Of a DNA stretch of 40,484 nt, positions 20,523-29,179 are shown piece after piece. Each line of letters starts with the position of its first letter. Position 1 is the first letter of the stretch. Made by a program: the position numbers and the translations under genes. The notes under the pieces are model-generated. The model was not told the DNA's origin. It did no database searches and saw only the letters and a program-made list of their open reading frames with translations. The stretch is from positions 1 to 40,484 of the forward strand of contig JAFSXA010000018.1 of the NCBI GenBank assembly GCA_017450135.1, in the 5' to 3' direction. The stretch is from Clostridia bacterium (GTDB taxonomy: Bacteria; Bacillota; Clostridia; Oscillospirales; Acutalibacteraceae).

Positions 20523-21563
20523 ATGGAATTCAAAAACACTCTCATTAAAAGCATCACGGCTGTTCTTTGCGTAGCGGCTATATGTATTTCGGCGGTCATC
20601 GGTGTAGGCAAGATCGGCGACGCCAGGATAGAGGCGGCAAAGACTGCAGGAACGGCCTCCTCCGGCACATCTTCCGACGAGTATACTCCGTTTGAAGACG
20701 GTTCGACTGAAGATACGGCTGCGACCGCGGACGAGGCAACGTCTGATGCGGCGCAGGATCAGGACGCTGCGGCGGATACCTCTGCGGACAGTTCGGCAGC
20801 CGACGCCAGCGCTTCCCAGCAGTCTTCCGACAGCTCAAGCAGCTCAGCCGCTTCTCCGGCATCTTCATCATCCTCATCGTCCTCCTCATCATCCTCGAGC
20901 TCGAGCGCCTCATCCATGCCCACCACCACAGCCGCCATCCTCAGCTACTACAATAACGCCACGGCGAAGGTAGTCAGCTCCAAGGCGGGCTATTCCAAGA
21001 CAAGAGTTGTCGACAATGAGAAGATCGAAGCCAACCTCATCTTCAAGCAGTTTAAGGGTCTGATATATCAGTTCATGGGCATCGGCGCAGATAACAAGTA
21101 TACAGAGAACGTCACTAAGGGCAAGTGGGGAGAGAATCCGTATATCCTCGCCAGCAAGCTCTCTGCCTCCGACGTTACGGGTGCAAAGTGCGTGAAGTCC
21201 GGCTCAAACTATGTTATAACCATCAACGTTAAAAACGGCTCGAGCGCCGCTAACAAGTCCAAGCCGACCACTCCGGCGAACGCTCCCCTCGACAGGACGG
21301 GAATCTGCGTAGGCACAGAGGATAAGTCGCGCTTCGACCATAAGACGGCGTCTGTTATCTATGATGCGATCCAGGGTACATTTAAGAGCGCCGACGTTAA
21401 AGAGAGCTACAACAACGCAGTCGTCAAGGCGACCATCAACGCATCAACGGGCAACATCAGCTCCCTGACGGTTACATGGAACATGAATGTTACGATCGAC
21501 ATCGGCGGCGCCGCATCAGCATCGGGCATTTCTCACGTCACCTACAGCAATTTCAAATACTGA
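20523..21563 (+). CDS. Hypothetical membrane-anchored extracytoplasmic protein with a Ser/Ala/Asp-rich linker; function unknown
   Basis: ATG 20523 lies 9 nt after AAGGAG (the ORF-track ATG 20499 lacks a Shine-Dalgarno). It has an N-terminal transmembrane/signal anchor (ITAVLCVAAICISAVIGVG), a roughly 95-aa low-complexity S/A/D/T region including 15 consecutive Ser, and a roughly 215-aa C-terminal domain I cannot assign to a family. Confidence 0.75.
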   Translation: MEFKNTLIKSITAVLCVAAICISAVIGVGKIGDARIEAAKTAGTASSGTSSDEYTPFEDGSTEDTAATADEATSDAAQDQDAAADTSADSSAADASASQQSSDSSSSSAASPASSSSSSSSSSSSSSSASSMPTTTAAILSYYNNATAKVVSSKAGYSKTRVVDNEKIEANLIFKQFKGLIYQFMGIGADNKYTENVTKGKWGENPYILASKLSASDVTGAKCVKSGSNYVITINVKNGSSAANKSKPTTPANAPLDRTGICVGTEDKSRFDHKTASVIYDAIQGTFKSADVKESYNNAVVKATINASTGNISSLTVTWNMNVTIDIGGAASASGISHVTYSNFKY

Positions 21564-21585
21564 TAAATAATTGATTTGGTTTTCT

Positions 21586-21622
21586 CAGCCGCGGTTCGTA
21601 ATGAACTGCGGCTGAAGCTTTT
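21586..21622 (+). terminator. Intrinsic terminator after the Ser-rich protein gene
   Basis: CAGCCGCGGTTC (21586-21597) pairs with GAACTGCGGCTG (21603-21614), 12 bp with one G-U pair and loop GTAAT. AAGCTTTT follows. Confidence 0.8.
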
Positions 21623-21736
21623 GCCGCTGAAGGCGCAAGACGTTTGCAACAAAGATAGAATCAAAAACGAAACAAAGCTCTAAACCTAAACCGGCAATGC
21701 TTACCGTTATCGGTACTGCAAATTATAAAAGAAATC

Positions 21737-21775
21737 AAGGTGCAGAATCCCGAAAAAGTTCGATTTCTGCACCTT
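21737..21775 (-). terminator. Intrinsic terminator of the minus-strand pseudouridine synthase gene
   Basis: AAGGTGCAGAA (21737-21747) pairs with TTCTGCACCTT (21765-21775), a perfect 11 bp. On the minus strand it is followed by GATTTCTTTTATAATT. Confidence 0.8.
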
Positions 21776-21795
21776 GTTATTATATCATCCGTGGG

Positions 21796-22764
21796 TCAAA
21801 TACTTCCGTTTTTGAACGCTTCGACGAACCAGACGTCCCCGATCTCAAATTCCCTGCCGTTCAGGTAGCCGAGTATACCGGCGTCGCCGTCAAAATCAAA
21901 GGCGAGCTTGTAGGAATACAGGAACTGCTTGTTGTATCCGAACTCCCTGTTCAGTCGGTTAGTTCCGTACTTGCCGTCGCCGAGCAGGGGATGGCCTATG
22001 GAGGCGAAGTGCGCCCTGATCTGATGCGTTCTGCCGGTCAGGAGCCTGACCTCGACGAGGCTGAGATTTTTCTCTCTGTCCACATCCAGCACACGGTACT
22101 GCGTACTTATCTCCTTTGCCCCCTCTGCCGGGGAGGAGAGTATCCTGACCATGTTGTTCTTTTCATCCTTCAAAAGAAAGCCGCTGAGCAGTCCTTCGCT
22201 CCTTTCCATTATCCCGTGGACTACGCAGAGGTACAGCTTTTTGATACAGCGCTTTTTCATCATGGCGTTGAGGATGCGCAGGCTCTCTGCATTCTTGGCG
22301 GCGATAACTATGCCGCCGGTGTTCCTGTCTATCCTGTTCACAAGGGCGGGGGTGAAGGAGCTTTCGTCATCCGGGACGAATTCACCGTTCTTATACAGAT
22401 ACTTCTTGATCCGCGAAATCAGCGTGTCCACATACTCCGTATCGTCGGGGTGGCAGAGCAGCCCCGCTTTCTTGTTCAGGAGCATTATGTTCCCGTCCTC
22501 ATAGATGATATCCAGCCTGTCGGACGCACCCGTAAAATCGTATCTTGTCTCGCTCTTCTCAAAGAATTCGTCGTTGATGTACATATCCACAACGTCGCCC
22601 TCGGCAAGCCGGGTCGAGATCTCGGCGCGCTTTCCGTTGAGCTTGATGCGTTTTTTCCTTATGTACTTATACATCAGCGCCTGCGGCAGGTTCGGCAGAC
22701 TCTTGGAGATGAATCTGTCGAGCCGCTGACCGGCGTCGTTTGAATTTATCGTAAAGCTTTTCAT
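21796..22764 (-). CDS. RluA-family (RluC/RluD-like) 23S rRNA pseudouridine synthase with N-terminal S4 domain
   Basis: 322 aa. The S4-like N-terminus is GQRLDRFISKSLPNLPQALMYKYIRKKRIKLNGKRAE. The catalytic motif is LVNRIDRNTGGIVIAAK, followed by LTGRTHQIRAHFA. GGAG lies 6 nt upstream of the ATG. Confidence 0.92.
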   Translation of the reverse strand: MKSFTINSNDAGQRLDRFISKSLPNLPQALMYKYIRKKRIKLNGKRAEISTRLAEGDVVDMYINDEFFEKSETRYDFTGASDRLDIIYEDGNIMLLNKKAGLLCHPDDTEYVDTLISRIKKYLYKNGEFVPDDESSFTPALVNRIDRNTGGIVIAAKNAESLRILNAMMKKRCIKKLYLCVVHGIMERSEGLLSGFLLKDEKNNMVRILSSPAEGAKEISTQYRVLDVDREKNLSLVEVRLLTGRTHQIRAHFASIGHPLLGDGKYGTNRLNREFGYNKQFLYSYKLAFDFDGDAGILGYLNGREFEIGDVWFVEAFKNGSI

Positions 22765-22817
22765 CTGGATTCTCCGCTGACCGTCTGCGTTAAAGCGCAG
22801 TCCTGCTTAAATTATCA

Positions 22818-22846
22818 GGGTGCAGAAATATTTGATTTTTGCACCC
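22818..22846 (-). terminator. Hairpin after the yfhO-like gene (probable, possibly leaky, terminator); sequence-related to the 21737-21775 hairpin
   Basis: GGGTGCAGAAA (22818-22828) pairs with TTTTTGCACCC (22836-22846), 11 bp with one G-U pair and a 7-nt loop. The minus-strand downstream sequence TGATAATTTAAGC is only moderately U-rich. Confidence 0.5.
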
Positions 22847-22872
22847 CGATCGTTTTTGTGATCTATTTCATT

Positions 22873-25800
22873 TTATTGTCCGTTTTTATCCTCGGCGCCG
22901 TCACTGTCACTCATTTTTTCAGCCTCGGACAGGATGGCTTTAACGTCAAGCTTCTGTGTTTTCAGCAGCTCATCCGCCCTGTTTATGGTGGTCGCCGCGT
23001 CAACCTTTTTCCCCTCGAATTCATCGCGCTCCTCAAGCAGGGCCTCTGCCTGCTCAACGGTCGCGTCCTCGCCGAGGTCCTCCGCCATCATGGCGTCGAT
23101 ACCCTTGGGCGAGTCGTCCGTCTCCTCCCCGTACTGCGGTTGATCCGACGGTTTGGAAAGAGGCTTGGGCGCAGCTTTCTTCCTTTTCTTTATGCCCGAT
23201 ATTATCAGATATACCGCCGCGAAAATCAGAGCGGCAGCCGATATCGCAGCTCCGTACAGCAGGCCGCGCGGAGTGAATTTGAATTCGACCTCGTGAACTC
23301 CCGACGACATTTTGACGCCTATCAGAGCGTTGCCGATTTTTGTCTTTTCGGCGGGCTTGCCGTCAACGTATACCGTCCAGCCCTCGTCGTAATTGATGGA
23401 GGTGTAGAGCATATTGTCGGCAGGTATATTCACTCTGCCCTTTATATGTGTGTCGGTGAATTCGGTGATATCCATCACGTTTTTGCTCAGTATATCGTAG
23501 CCTTTCCGGAAAACCTCCATGTTCAGCCCCGAGGTGTAGCAGTCTACGTAGCCCGAATCGGAGCCGTCCTTGAGCTTCATCTCCACTGTCATGATCTCGT
23601 CCTTTTTGCAGGCTCCGCAGTCGAGGATATATGCCTCGTCGTCGATATTCTGCGTGGTGTTAAAGCCGCTGCCGGTCGAAACCTCGAGCTTTTCAATATC
23701 GTTACTGCTGACGTACATATATACGTTCATGTCATCCGGAACGATATATGTGAGGGTGAATGAAGCGTCGGCGTCCACGTTCTCCTTGGTAAAGGAGAAG
23801 CTTTCGGACTTGAAATTATCCTCGTCCCTGATATTGTCAAGATCATAATCGTCGACTGCCAGCTCGTCGAAAACTCCGTTGAGACCGGTCGCATACTCCC
23901 AGAAGTCGCTCTGGACGTGGAAGGGGTTGGAGTCCGAGGTGTTGATTTTCACGGTGTCATTGTTGACGGCGTAGCACAGCGGCAGATAGTATCTGTTCCT
24001 GTACGCCGTATACTTTCCGCAGGCGGAGACGTATTCAAACAGCTCTTTGTTAATATCCGAATCGTCGTTGTTGACGAGGTATTTAAGCGACATCATGCAG
24101 TTGTATACGGGGGTCTGGGAGTGATAGATATAGCTGTTGATATAGTTGCTGTCCATACCGAGCTGATCCTGGAGGTTGGCGGAGCTTTCATACGCCATGG
24201 AGGAAAAGACAGTAACTCCGTTGTAACCGAACCATGCGGGATCCATGATGGTGTTGATATCCGTCAACTCCATGCGGTATTTGTCCGTGCCCTCCGCCTT
24301 GTCGAGGCTGTTCTTTATTGTTCTGAAGCTCGAATACTCGTTGGTGAAATTGGGCTTTTGCTGAGTTATCTTGAAATGATCCGTGTCCGCAACTGCGGCC
24401 TCGGCAAAGACGCAGCACATCAGCAGCAGCGCCACCGCGGAGCTTGCGTATTCCTTCTTACGCATGAGGATGAGCACGATAGTATATATGGCGGCAAAGG
24501 CGATGCTGGTATATACCGTAGCGTCGTCGACGTTGTCCATGCCGAGCTTCTGTACAAGCACGGTGAAAAGTATCACGGCAAGGCCGGAGCCGAGCACGCC
24601 TTTGGACGGTATCTCCTTGATATGTGTCAGGGCGTTGTACGCCATGATGACCAGGATGAAGGAATAGATAAAAGAGAACCTGTACGGAAGGTCGTTCGGG
24701 AAGTGGAAGGCGTGGAAGACGAAGTTTACATAGTTGAGGTTGAAGCCTGCGAAGAACACAGCGAGCAGCACTATGTGGGCGGCGCGCTCGCGGGGGCTTA
24801 TTTTGCCGCACATGACGTAGATCGGGAGCAGTATCACGGTGAGGATGCCGCAGTAGACGTTCGGCAGAACGGTGTCTCCGCTGCTCCTTATCGTCGGCTC
24901 GACCGAGGCGAGATGGTTCGCAAGGAAGTCAAAGATGCTGTTGTACAGCTTCAGCTCCGCCGGGAAGGAATCCGAGGTGGCTGAGCAGGTTTTCAGACAG
25001 AAATATGTGGGGATAAGTGCGAACGCCGCAAGACAGACGGCAAGCAGCGACCCGGCGGCAAACAGGAAGCCGCTGCGGATGAATTTATTGTAGGCAATGG
25101 TATCTATCTTTCTGTTGTAGACAACGCCGTCGTCGTCGATATATTGGGGGATATCGTCGTAGCTGTCCTTGAATTTTGCCTTTGAAATGAAGTAGACAAG
25201 GAAGTAGAGCACTGAGAATATGCAGATCATGTAGGACATATAGTAGCTCGAGAAAAGGGATACTGCCAGTGCGCCGATATAGAGCCTGCACCTGCGGCGG
25301 TTGATAATATTCTCGATACCGAGTACTATCAGCGGCAGCAGATACATGGCGTCTATCCACATTACATTCCAGTAGTAGGCAATGAAAAATCCGCAGAATG
25401 CGTATAGGATACCGAAGGCGGTTATTGTGAAGTCGTTCCTGCCGAAGGCTTTTTTGAGATAGCAGGCGAGGGTCGCCGCCGCGAGGCCGTTCTTGACGAG
25501 CACCATCGTCCCTATGGCCTCGGGAATGTTTTCATGGCCCGCGATCAGCGCAATGAGATCGCCGATCGGGCTCGAAAGATAATTGAAGTAGTTGCCCAGG
25601 AAAGCGCCGCCTCCGCCTGTGTTCCAGGAATAGAAGAAGCTTTTGAGTCCCGTCAGCCTGTCGTAGAATTCGGCGAACAGGGGGCCGTACTGGTGGAAAA
25701 GATCCATCCTCAGTACCGTGGACTGACCGAACGGGATCACGTCGAAGCAGTAGTAGACGAGCAGCATTATTACCGCCGAGCAGAGAAAAGCCAGCATTAT

Positions 25801-25935
25801 AAAAAGGTTGTTGTCAAAAAATGCGGCTAATTTGTTTTTGTCTTTTTTTATTGTAACAGAGTCGGAATCTTTTCTTCCTGACACCGGTATCATCCTCTCG
25901 TTTTCTTTTTTGTCATCCGTTAAATATATTACCAC
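22873..25935 (-). CDS. YfhO-family polytopic membrane protein (putative extracytoplasmic glycosyltransferase)
   Basis: 1020 aa. The N-terminal region FGQSTVLRMDLFHQYGPLFAEFYDRL..FFYSWNTGGGGAFLGNYFNYLSSPI and many transmembrane segments are typical of the YfhO family. There is a large extracytoplasmic domain, a final transmembrane segment and a charged tail of about 110 aa. The start is uncertain: GTG 25935 or ATG 25893, and neither has a good Shine-Dalgarno. Confidence 0.85.
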   Translation of the reverse strand: MVIYLTDDKKENERMIPVSGRKDSDSVTIKKDKNKLAAFFDNNLFIMLAFLCSAVIMLLVYYCFDVIPFGQSTVLRMDLFHQYGPLFAEFYDRLTGLKSFFYSWNTGGGGAFLGNYFNYLSSPIGDLIALIAGHENIPEAIGTMVLVKNGLAAATLACYLKKAFGRNDFTITAFGILYAFCGFFIAYYWNVMWIDAMYLLPLIVLGIENIINRRRCRLYIGALAVSLFSSYYMSYMICIFSVLYFLVYFISKAKFKDSYDDIPQYIDDDGVVYNRKIDTIAYNKFIRSGFLFAAGSLLAVCLAAFALIPTYFCLKTCSATSDSFPAELKLYNSIFDFLANHLASVEPTIRSSGDTVLPNVYCGILTVILLPIYVMCGKISPRERAAHIVLLAVFFAGFNLNYVNFVFHAFHFPNDLPYRFSFIYSFILVIMAYNALTHIKEIPSKGVLGSGLAVILFTVLVQKLGMDNVDDATVYTSIAFAAIYTIVLILMRKKEYASSAVALLLMCCVFAEAAVADTDHFKITQQKPNFTNEYSSFRTIKNSLDKAEGTDKYRMELTDINTIMDPAWFGYNGVTVFSSMAYESSANLQDQLGMDSNYINSYIYHSQTPVYNCMMSLKYLVNNDDSDINKELFEYVSACGKYTAYRNRYYLPLCYAVNNDTVKINTSDSNPFHVQSDFWEYATGLNGVFDELAVDDYDLDNIRDEDNFKSESFSFTKENVDADASFTLTYIVPDDMNVYMYVSSNDIEKLEVSTGSGFNTTQNIDDEAYILDCGACKKDEIMTVEMKLKDGSDSGYVDCYTSGLNMEVFRKGYDILSKNVMDITEFTDTHIKGRVNIPADNMLYTSINYDEGWTVYVDGKPAEKTKIGNALIGVKMSSGVHEVEFKFTPRGLLYGAAISAAALIFAAVYLIISGIKKRKKAAPKPLSKPSDQPQYGEETDDSPKGIDAMMAEDLGEDATVEQAEALLEERDEFEGKKVDAATTINRADELLKTQKLDVKAILSEAEKMSDSDGAEDKNGQ

Positions 25936-26072
25936 ATATTTACGGGTCTTTCAATAATCAGTATATAAAATAATCCGGTAATTATCAAGAATAAATAAAC
26001 TTTTAGCCTTAACAGAGTACCGGTGTGTTCTAAATCGGGACAAGACGTCATATTAAATATCAGGTGAAAAAA

Positions 26073-27044
26073 ATGAATGTGTCCAAAAACCGAAATTTCT
26101 GCGAGATCAAGGCTCTCCTGCCGCCGGAGCTAAGGTCGGCTCTGAGCGCGGTGCGTGACGCCTCTGAGCTGTGCGAGATCAGGCTCAGGGCGGGGAAGCC
26201 GGTGGTGCTTGTATTTACGGATTCTCCCAGGTTTATAACCTCCGGCGGTCGTCTGACGGCTTTTCTTCCCTCGGATCCCGTTACCGTTTCGGACCGGGAG
26301 CTTGAGGCCGCGTTCGGATCGCTGAGCGGATATTCCGTCCACAGCCAGACAGAGAATATAGCCTCCGGATTCATCACAGTTGCGGCCGGCAACAGGGTCG
26401 GAGTTTACGGCACGGCGGTTACGCGCGCAGGGAGGATCACCGCCGTCAGGAATATAAGCGGCATGAATATCAGGATATCGGGCAGCTTCGCAAATACTGC
26501 GAGGCCGCTTGCGGACAGCCTCTTTTGCGGCGGCAGACCCGGCCTGCTCATATGCGGCGCACCCGGGACGGGAAAGACCACTGTGCTCAGGGATCTCTGC
26601 CGCATACTCTCAGACGAGCTGTTCTTCAAGATCGCCGCAGTGGACGAGAGATGCGAGTTCAGCGGCGACACGGGCTTCAATACCGACGTGCTCTCGGGCT
26701 ATCCCAAGCCTACCGGTATACAGATAGCCCTGCGCACTCTGTCGCCGGATATAATAGCGTGCGACGAGATAGGCACGTCTGACGAGGTCAAAGCAATAGC
26801 CGAGGGGCTGAATTCCGGCACGGGCTTCATTGTGACTGCCCACTGCTCGGACGGGAAGGAGCTTGCACGCAGACCTCAGCTAAGGGAGCTTATCGCGTCC
26901 GGAGCAGTGGATCACATCGCTTTTCTCGGCCCCGCCGTCTCGGAGATAGGAAAAATAATGTCTGTGGAGGAGTTCTATGAGAGCAGCGGCGCTGGCGAGC
27001 GTGTGCGCGGTCTGCGTTATGACCGGGCTGTACGCATCGTATAG
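26073..27044 (+). CDS. spoIIIAA: Stage III sporulation protein AA (AAA+ ATPase)
   Basis: Walker A GAPGTGKTTVLRD, Walker B DIIACDEIG, and N-terminus LPPELRSAL..ELCEIRLRAGKPVV as in SpoIIIAA. It is the first gene of an 8-gene spoIIIA array. ATG 26073 lies 5 nt after AGGTGA. Confidence 0.93.
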   Translation: MNVSKNRNFCEIKALLPPELRSALSAVRDASELCEIRLRAGKPVVLVFTDSPRFITSGGRLTAFLPSDPVTVSDRELEAAFGSLSGYSVHSQTENIASGFITVAAGNRVGVYGTAVTRAGRITAVRNISGMNIRISGSFANTARPLADSLFCGGRPGLLICGAPGTGKTTVLRDLCRILSDELFFKIAAVDERCEFSGDTGFNTDVLSGYPKPTGIQIALRTLSPDIIACDEIGTSDEVKAIAEGLNSGTGFIVTAHCSDGKELARRPQLRELIASGAVDHIAFLGPAVSEIGKIMSVEEFYESSGAGERVRGLRYDRAVRIV

Positions 27045-27486
27045 GCTCAACATGAGGGCGGCCATGCTCGAAAAGCTCTGCCTGATGTTCGATATCGTCG
27101 AGAACGAGATACGCTACCTCGGCAGGCCCGCCTCGGAGATAGTCGCGTCCCTGTGCGCCAGAACGGAGCTCTCGGGTCTTACCTTTCTTGCAGACTGTGA
27201 GTCGGGGATGCTCAGGGGCGAGGATTTCAGAGCTTCGTGGGAGCGGTCGCTCAGTGAGACGAAGAACGTAAGATTCTTCCGGAGCGGGGACGTCGGCGTT
27301 ATAAGCTCCTTCGGCTCCCTTCTGGGTATGAGCGACGCCGAGGGTCAGACGGCGAACTGCCGTATGCACCGTGAGCTCGCCCTCGCAAGGCTCGCGCAGG
27401 CAAGGCTCAGCCGCGACAGGTATTCGGCTGTGTTCAGCGGACTGGGCGTCCTTGCAGGAATAGGAGCTATTATAGTTTTGATATAG
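26977..27486 (+). CDS. spoIIIAB: Stage III sporulation protein AB
   Basis: 169 aa with N- and C-terminal transmembrane segments and a central helical domain (LEKLCLMFDIVENEIRYLGRPASEI). Size and position match SpoIIIAB. GGAGG lies 6 nt upstream. It overlaps spoIIIAA by 68 nt. Confidence 0.85.
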   Translation: MRAAALASVCAVCVMTGLYASYRLNMRAAMLEKLCLMFDIVENEIRYLGRPASEIVASLCARTELSGLTFLADCESGMLRGEDFRASWERSLSETKNVRFFRSGDVGVISSFGSLLGMSDAEGQTANCRMHRELALARLAQARLSRDRYSAVFSGLGVLAGIGAIIVLI

Positions 27487-27495
27487 GAGAAGGAT

Positions 27496-27684
27496 ATGGA
27501 GCTGGTTATCAAAATTGCGGCGGTCGGCATCATTGTTGCGGTGCTTCATCAGATCCTCAGCCGCTCGGGAAGGGATGATTACGCCATGCTGACTGTGCTT
27601 GCCGGGATAATAGCGGTGATAGCCATGATCCTGCCGGAGCTCAGAGACCTGTATGATTCGCTCAGCTCCGTATTCGATTTCTGA
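27496..27684 (+). CDS. spoIIIAC: Stage III sporulation protein AC
   Basis: 62 aa with two transmembrane segments. IKIAAVGIIVAVLHQILSRSGRDDYAMLTVLAG resembles B. subtilis SpoIIIAC. GGAGAAGG Shine-Dalgarno. Confidence 0.9.
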   Translation: MELVIKIAAVGIIVAVLHQILSRSGRDDYAMLTVLAGIIAVIAMILPELRDLYDSLSSVFDF

Positions 27685-27685
27685 T

Positions 27686-28069
27686 ATGGGAATAATCAAG
27701 ATCACAGCGGCGGTAATCGTGTGTTCCGTTGCCGCCCTGATCCTGCGCAGGACCTTGCCGGAGACCTCGCTGCTTGTCCAGCTTGCGGGAGTCGCGGCGG
27801 TGGCGCTGATGATAGTGCAAAGCATCTCAGCCGTGTCAAGCGGCGCTCGTGACCTCCTGAACGGCGCGGTTGAGGACGGATACATAAAGCTCCTGCTCAA
27901 GGCGCTCGGCACAGCCCTGGCGGCCAAGACCGGCGCCGATATCTGTAACGACAGCGGCAATACAGCCCTTGCCGGGGTGGTGGAGCTTGCCGGTAAGGTG
28001 CTGGTGATAATGATTTGCATGTCGATGCTCAGGACGGTAGTCTCGTTCACCGGAGGTATGCTGAAATAA
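27686..28069 (+). CDS. spoIIIAD: Stage III sporulation protein AD
   Basis: 127 aa from ATG 27686, 1 nt after the spoIIIAC stop. It is a membrane protein with the conserved segment KALGTALAAKTGADICNDSGNTALAGVVELAGKVLVI. The ORF-track start 27653 is rejected. Confidence 0.88.
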   Translation: MGIIKITAAVIVCSVAALILRRTLPETSLLVQLAGVAAVALMIVQSISAVSSGARDLLNGAVEDGYIKLLLKALGTALAAKTGADICNDSGNTALAGVVELAGKVLVIMICMSMLRTVVSFTGGMLK

Positions 28070-28071
28070 CG

Positions 28072-29178
28072 ATGAAAAAACTGATGATACCGCTTGCCCT
28101 CGTCTTGCTGCTTGTGTGCGCTTCACCGCTATTGAGCGTCAGAGCCTCCGCCGCTGACGATCCGCTTGAGGATATAAGCGAACAGATACCGGATGACGCC
28201 GGTGAGCTTTTGGACGAGCTCGGTCTGGACTCGGAGCATATCGGGGATATCTTTGAGGTCTCTCCCGGCAGGTTCTTTTCCATGGCGGCCAAGCTTGTAA
28301 AAGGGGAGATCGAATCGCCGCTCCGTTCGCTTGTGAGGCTGATGTCCGTTATAGTGATGCTCGCTGTCTGCGAGTGCTTTGTGCCGGAGGACAGCCCGGT
28401 CAAGCAGATAACGGAGACTGCCGGCACCCTGATGTGCATACTCTCTGTCATGTCTCCGCTCTCGGACGCGATATCCTCGGCGGTCTCCTCCATCGGGATC
28501 AGCGAGGATCTGATGCTCGCCCTGATACCGATACTGGTCTCACTGCTGACCGTCACCGGGAATCCTGCCCTTGCGCTGAGCTTTCAGTCTGCGGCGTTCT
28601 TCGCGGCTCAGGTCATTTCCGGAATAACCGAGACGGTGACCGTTCCGCTGGTGGGCGTCGTCATGTCCCTCGATATCACGGGGGCTGTCATGCCCGGATT
28701 CAGACTGTCGGGGATAACCGACTTCATAAAAAAGGCGGTCACCGCCGCGCTCTCCTTTGCCGCCACGCTGTTCGTGTCCTTCCTCGGCATCAAGGGCGCT
28801 CTCGCCTCAGCCGCCGACACGGTAGCTTCCAAAGGGATAAAGCTTGTGATAAGCTCCGCAGTTCCGGTGATAGGCGGGGCGCTGAGCGAGGCTTACAGCG
28901 GCGTCATCGGCAGCCTTGTGCTTGTCAGAAGCACCGCAGGCGTGCTGAGTATCGCCGCCATTGCAGTCGTATGTCTGCCGTCCTGCGTCCAGCTTCTTTT
29001 CTGGATATTTGCGCTCAGGGCGGGCGCGGCGCTCGGCGAACTTTTCAACAGGGACGGTATATCCTCACTGCTCAGAGCAGTCTCGTCCGCGGTGACCCTG
29101 CTGAACGTGGTGCTGATCTTCAACGCCGTCCTCTTTATCATTTCGACTGCGCTGATAGTAACGGTGAAGGCGGTGTGA
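28072..29178 (+). CDS. spoIIIAE: Stage III sporulation protein AE
   Basis: 368 aa from ATG 28072, 2 nt after the spoIIIAD stop. It has a signal peptide (MKKLMIPLALVLLLVCASPLLSVRASA) and then a polytopic membrane domain. Position and size fit SpoIIIAE. Confidence 0.88.
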   Translation: MKKLMIPLALVLLLVCASPLLSVRASAADDPLEDISEQIPDDAGELLDELGLDSEHIGDIFEVSPGRFFSMAAKLVKGEIESPLRSLVRLMSVIVMLAVCECFVPEDSPVKQITETAGTLMCILSVMSPLSDAISSAVSSIGISEDLMLALIPILVSLLTVTGNPALALSFQSAAFFAAQVISGITETVTVPLVGVVMSLDITGAVMPGFRLSGITDFIKKAVTAALSFAATLFVSFLGIKGALASAADTVASKGIKLVISSAVPVIGGALSEAYSGVIGSLVLVRSTAGVLSIAAIAVVCLPSCVQLLFWIFALRAGAALGELFNRDGISSLLRAVSSAVTLLNVVLIFNAVLFIISTALIVTVKAV

Positions 29179-29179
29179 T

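Noticed and set aside
20862-20906. The 15-Ser run, considered as a slipped-strand (phase or length variable) simple-sequence repeat.
   Set aside because: The run is encoded by mixed codons (TCT TCA TCA TCC TCA TCG TCC TCC TCA TCA TCC TCG AGC TCG AGC), not a perfect trinucleotide repeat, and slippage would remain in frame. It is low-complexity protein rather than a contingency locus.
26046-26056. GTCATATTAAA upstream of spoIIIAA, considered as a sigma-E promoter element.
   Set aside because: It is too close to the start codon (ATG 26073) to serve as a -35 element. As a -10 element it matches only about 5 of 8 positions and has a poor -35 partner (GTTCTAAA), and it would leave almost no leader. 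It is not callable from sequence alone.
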